This document shows positions 60,748 to 64,000 of a DNA stretch of 64,000 bases, piece by piece. The DNA comes from Escherichia phage RB32: the sequence record NC_008515.1. One strand, 5' to 3'. The notes beneath the pieces were generated by a model, which saw only the letters and a list, made by a program, of their open reading frames with translations, did not search any database and had not been told where the DNA came from. Positions within the stretch are counted from its first letter, which is position 1; the number at the start of each line of letters is the position of its first letter. The position numbers and the translations under genes are program-made.

Positions 60748-60963
60748 TCAATCGTCGCAGTCGACGCTCAATTCCCAAAACTCTTCTACAGTATAAGTTT
60801 CAGTATCATTTTCAACACAGAAACGTTCATTACTGTTATTTGCTAAAGTAGCGTTAACTGTCATTTTCTCGCTAGTGCTTTTAAGAGGTGAAATACGAAT
60901 TAACTGATCACCGTTATCTAAACAGAAAATTTCACCAACTTTTACATCTTTAAAAATTTTCAT
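60748..60963 (-). CDS. Hypothetical protein, 71 aa
   Basis: ORF with SD GAGGTG upstream. Confidence 0.5.
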   Translation of the reverse strand: MKIFKDVKVGEIFCLDNGDQLIRISPLKSTSEKMTVNATLANNSNERFCVENDTETYTVEEFWELSVDCDD

Positions 60964-60971
60964 AATTCACC

Positions 60972-61082
60972 TCAAGGAGTATAAAATCCGAATGCAGTTG
61001 TTGACCATCCCATCCAATATGGAAAATTTGCACCAATGTAAAACATAAGAATATAAAACCAACCGCTCAACAAATTCATCAT
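60972..61082 (-). CDS. Tiny aromatic-rich membrane peptide, 36 aa
   Basis: ORF MMNLLSGWFYILMFYIGANFPYWMGWSTTAFGFYTP; ATG overlaps the stop of the upstream ORF. Confidence 0.4.
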   Translation of the reverse strand: MMNLLSGWFYILMFYIGANFPYWMGWSTTAFGFYTP

Positions 61083-61276
61083 TTTACACCATTCCAAATT
61101 GTTTCAACTACGGATTTTAAACCATTTTGATGAATGTCCATTCCGACAACCGCCATCAAATAAATTCCAACTACAACTGAACCTAAGGCAAAAATCAGCA
61201 TGAAAATGAATAAAGCCGGAAAAATATTATCGAAAAACCATTCAATAAATGTAAAAGCACCGCGTTTACGCTTCAT
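61079..61276 (-). CDS. Membrane peptide, 65 aa
   Basis: Start at Met-8 of the track ORF (MKRKRGAFTFIEWFF...) preceded by SD GAGGAAAA; one predicted TM helix. Confidence 0.45.
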   Translation of the reverse strand: MKRKRGAFTFIEWFFDNIFPALFIFMLIFALGSVVVGIYLMAVVGMDIHQNGLKSVVETIWNGVK

Positions 61277-61283
61277 ATTTTCC

Positions 61284-61397
61284 TCACATAAATCCAAAGT
61301 AAGCGTTTAATACATCAATCATTAAAACGATTGGGAATATACTCAAAACTACTAGTATTATAACTACATTCCATATAGCTTTAACAATCTTTTTCAT
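61284..61397 (-). CDS. Tiny membrane peptide, 37 aa
   Basis: MKKIVKAIWNVVIILVVLSIFPIVLMIDVLNAYFGFM; true start downstream of an early promoter that lies inside the longer track ORF. Confidence 0.45.
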   Translation of the reverse strand: MKKIVKAIWNVVIILVVLSIFPIVLMIDVLNAYFGFM

Positions 61398-61463
61398 TTT
61401 CTGTTCCTCCGTAGTTGATAGGGTAATAGTACCACGGAAGAACAGTCTTGTAAACAACTTTTT

Positions 61464-61562
61464 TAAAAATATTCGTAATAAATGTGAATACCAACTACTA
61501 CCGCTGAAACCTGTGCAACCCACCACGCGCAAGCAATAAGTACAGAATTCAAAATTTTCATA
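61464..61562 (-). CDS. Tiny membrane peptide, 32 aa
   Basis: MKILNSVLIACAWWVAQVSAVVVGIHIYYEYF; ATG overlaps the stop of the 28-aa ORF. Confidence 0.35.
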
Positions 61563-61645
61563 ATAACCTCATCACAAAAGTAAATGTTAAACAAATTACT
61601 GGAATACTAATTAACCAAACAAAACACCACCATAGTGAACTCATA
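61559..61645 (-). CDS. Tiny membrane peptide, 28 aa
   Basis: MSSLWWCFVWLISIPVICLTFTFVMRLL. Confidence 0.3.
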
Positions 61646-61677
61646 GTTCAATCTCAACCATTTTCATTTCATTTTAC

Positions 61678-61884
61678 TCAATAATCCGCTAAAAGATTAA
61701 CGATTGCATCACGAAGACACTTATTCGAAATACGTTTAAGAGCAATTTCAGTTTCTGGAGCATTTTGAATAATCATCGAATTCAACTCAGCCTCAGCAAA
61801 TTGAAGTTCTTTAACTAGTTCAGCTTTATATTTCCCTTGCCCTTTCTTAGCTTTTGCTCGTTTTAGTTCAGCTGTAGTAAACAT
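61678..61884 (-). CDS. Hypothetical basic protein, 68 aa
   Basis: Start at Met-35 of the track ORF, after SD GGAGAA; an early promoter lies inside the longer ORF. Confidence 0.45.
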   Translation of the reverse strand: MFTTAELKRAKAKKGQGKYKAELVKELQFAEAELNSMIIQNAPETEIALKRISNKCLRDAIVNLLADY

Positions 61885-61918
61885 TTTATTCTCCAAATCC
61901 GTATCAGTTGATAGTTGT

Positions 61919-61949
61919 ATAGTACCACAGTCCTTGTGGTATGTAAACC
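61919..61949 (-). promoter_or_regulatory. Early promoter GTTTAC-N19-TACTAT with A/T-rich upstream block
   Basis: Minus-strand consensus match; core block gatagttgtatagtaccacag shared with the motA promoter. Confidence 0.5.
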
Positions 61950-61967
61950 GTTTTGTGAAAAAATTTT

Positions 61968-62525
61968 TTAAATGGAAAGATACCATCCGTTGTAGTTGCT
62001 TTTTCTTACAACCTTACGAAGGTCTTCTCTATCACCGATGAATTTCGGAGTGTACTGGATGACACCTGGGTGAATTTCTTTAGTGTTGAATATAATTATA
62101 CAGTCAGCGACTTGGTGATTCAGAATGGGCCCTAGATTTATTCCAGAACCGTATGGATACTCTCCGCTGCATCCGGTTGTTACCGAAATCCATCGTGAGT
62201 CAGTTTGATGTGTCTTAACTTCTACACGAAGCCCACAGTATTTTGGATGTGCTAAAACATCCCATGCATACGTGTACGGATCATCGACATCTTCTTGACC
62301 TTTGTTAACATACCCACTCAACCAATCTGCTACAAAAAACTCTGCGTACACAGCGATACGACATCTTTCGATGACCTCAGCCTTATCCTGATTTGGATTT
62401 TGTTTTAAAGAGTATCTTGCAGTATCAGCAATTTTGACCTTCATTTCACTAGTCAAATCACCGTTCGATAGGGTAAATGTCGGAATCTGAAATAGTCTCT
62501 GTAGCCCCGGATTCGTTTTCTGCAT
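61968..62525 (-). CDS. denB: Endonuclease IV
   Basis: 185 aa, same length and position as T4 DenB. Confidence 0.88.
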   Translation of the reverse strand: MQKTNPGLQRLFQIPTFTLSNGDLTSEMKVKIADTARYSLKQNPNQDKAEVIERCRIAVYAEFFVADWLSGYVNKGQEDVDDPYTYAWDVLAHPKYCGLRVEVKTHQTDSRWISVTTGCSGEYPYGSGINLGPILNHQVADCIIIFNTKEIHPGVIQYTPKFIGDREDLRKVVRKSNYNGWYLSI

Positions 62526-62787
62526 TTAAACTTTCCTTTTTACCACTAAGATAAGCGTTATACATTTTAAGAGTACCATAGTAAATTCGATCATTTTCAT
62601 CTAAAGAATTACGATCAAGTTCATCGAGATTCTTTTTGTCCATGACTATAACATCATTGCAGTAAAGAACTCCAAGTTTTTCATGCCCAAATTCGAATTT
62701 ATTGCAGTACACAATATTAGCATAATGATTACCATGTAGAGAAATTTCTTTAATTCCGGGATCACCAACATTCATAAAGTGAATCAT
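62458..62787 (-). CDS. Hypothetical protein, 109 aa (denB.1 position)
   Basis: ORF whose 3' end overlaps the denB start by 68 nt. Confidence 0.45.
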   Translation of the reverse strand: MIHFMNVGDPGIKEISLHGNHYANIVYCNKFEFGHEKLGVLYCNDVIVMDKKNLDELDRNSLDENDRIYYGTLKMYNAYLSGKKESLNAENESGATETISDSDIYPIER

Positions 62788-62807
62788 AATTTCCTCTTAA
62801 AACAAAA

Positions 62808-62819
62808 GGGCCGAAGCCC
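62808..62819 (-). terminator. GGGC-UUCG-GCCC stem-loop after the 64-aa ORF
   Basis: Hairpin + UUUUGUU on the minus transcript; part of a repeated stop-codon/hairpin module. Confidence 0.5.
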
Positions 62820-62823
62820 TTAT

Positions 62824-63018
62824 TTATTTAAATTGTGCAATTCTTTTCTCTAAACAGTCAGCATAAGATTTCATTGAGATGAACTGTGAAAGCAGCAGTT
62901 CTTGCTCAACTGCACTAACTGTTAGAAACTTTGCGCTTTCTAAAAATTTGCTCAGTGCATTAATTTTGAGCATTAATTGATCGTATTCTTCTTTTACTCG
63001 TGCTTGATAACCTAACAT
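62824..63018 (-). CDS. Hypothetical protein, 64 aa
   Basis: ORF bracketed by two near-identical hairpin modules. Confidence 0.45.
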   Translation of the reverse strand: MLGYQARVKEEYDQLMLKINALSKFLESAKFLTVSAVEQELLLSQFISMKSYADCLEKRIAQFK

Positions 63019-63038
63019 AATTTTCCTTAATGTGATAA

Positions 63039-63050
63039 GGGCCGAAGCCC
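63039..63050 (-). terminator. GGGC-UUCG-GCCC stem-loop after rIIB
   Basis: Hairpin abutting the rIIB stop codon. Confidence 0.5.
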
Positions 63051-63989
63051 TTATTTAAATTGTTCAGTAACGTCTTCAACTACTTCGTATTGGCAGGTAC
63101 GCATTTTAGCATCGTTGTAATCAATCGGAATTGATACTACATCACGCGGATGTACTTTAACTTTTACAACTCGACTAGTTGAACTGCCAAAGTGACGAAT
63201 ATAAGATTTAGAACACACATGCAGACCACGAGAACAAGTTTGTGTATCATCGTCATTCACACGAGTACGTGGCATTTTAACTACTTTACCCGGGCTGTTA
63301 TCAAAGGTGTTTGAATGACAGTCAAAGTAATTACTACGAACTACTTTCCAAGCATAGAAGTAACCATCTTCTGTAATTTCAATATCATTTGCTACCAAGA
63401 AATCAAAGAGTCGAGATACCGCTTTTTGGCTTGGGTTTTCCAACAGATTTTCCAAGAACGGAAAATAAAATTCAAAGTTTTCACCTTTTTCCATCGAGTC
63501 AAGAATACGATCAACTAAACCGGACCGCAATTCGATATTTTGATAGAACAAGCTTCCACCTTCAATTCGAACATCACCAGAAATATATTTTTCAACAGCG
63601 CGACGAACATTAATTTTTTGTGCCGCTTCTTCCAACTTATCCGCTACAAGCAGATTAAGAATTTCCTGGAAGTTTGAATGAGTATTAGGAGTTGCGTTAT
63701 AAGTTACACCGTCAACAGTAATTGAAATGAATTTTTTAGATGCATTCCAAATAATGTCAGATTTAGCAACTGGAGCAATAACTGCATCGCTATTAACTTT
63801 AACTGTAATATCACCGCTAATAGTAACTTTAGGGTGTTTAGCTTCTTCAGCATTTTTCAAAACACGACGGATTGTGTCAACCGATACACCTTGCCAATCA
63901 GCCAATTCCTGTTGGGTGTAATTACCACTTGAATACAGTTTAACAATTTCAGCTTGTTCGTTTTTGGTCAGGCATTTAATATTGTACAT
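63051..63989 (-). CDS. rIIB: rIIB rapid-lysis protein
   Basis: 312 aa, same length and position as T4 rIIB (rIIA would lie beyond the window end). Confidence 0.93.
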   Translation of the reverse strand: MYNIKCLTKNEQAEIVKLYSSGNYTQQELADWQGVSVDTIRRVLKNAEEAKHPKVTISGDITVKVNSDAVIAPVAKSDIIWNASKKFISITVDGVTYNATPNTHSNFQEILNLLVADKLEEAAQKINVRRAVEKYISGDVRIEGGSLFYQNIELRSGLVDRILDSMEKGENFEFYFPFLENLLENPSQKAVSRLFDFLVANDIEITEDGYFYAWKVVRSNYFDCHSNTFDNSPGKVVKMPRTRVNDDDTQTCSRGLHVCSKSYIRHFGSSTSRVVKVKVHPRDVVSIPIDYNDAKMRTCQYEVVEDVTEQFK

Positions 63990-64000
63990 AATTTTCCTTA

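Overview
This window is a contiguous segment of a T-even (T4-like, Tequatrovirus-type) myovirus genome, collinear with the phage T4 map from gene 22 to rIIB. All calls rest on reading the supplied ORF translations and the raw sequence against remembered T4 protein sequences, gene order and promoter/terminator consensus; no database search was run. Plus-strand late modules: head genes 22(partial)-23-24, uvsW, baseplate/tail genes 51-27-28-29-48-54, and the long-tail-fibre/lysis block 34-35-36-37-38-t. Minus-strand early/middle modules: rnlB, hoc, inh, uvsY, 25-26, two tandem Alt ADP-ribosyltransferases, DNA ligase 30, rIII, 31, cd, pseT, a spanin pair, alc, rnlA, denA, nrdB, nrdA, td, frd, 32, 59, 33, dsbA, rnh, asiA, arn, motA, 52, ac, stp, ndd, denB and rIIB, interleaved with many small ORFs of unknown function. 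The sequence shows T4-type late promoters (TATAAATA), early promoters (GTTTAC-N18/19-TAnnnT with A/T-rich upstream blocks), a MotA-box middle promoter and many UUCG-type stem-loops. Differences from T4 as I recall it: td and nrdB are uninterrupted and the canonical homing-endonuclease positions are empty; a second full-length Alt paralogue is present; an extra ORF sits between frd and td; and the tail-fibre tip is T2/T6-like (gp37 with a C-terminal autoproteolytic chaperone-like domain plus a glycine-rich gp38 adhesin). No rRNA, tRNA, CRISPR array, integrase or transposon was seen. The most interesting candidate system is the Alt/Alt-paralogue locus with a nearby HAD-like and YbiA/NADAR-like gene pair, a possible ADP-ribosylation toolkit; this is a hypothesis from motifs only.
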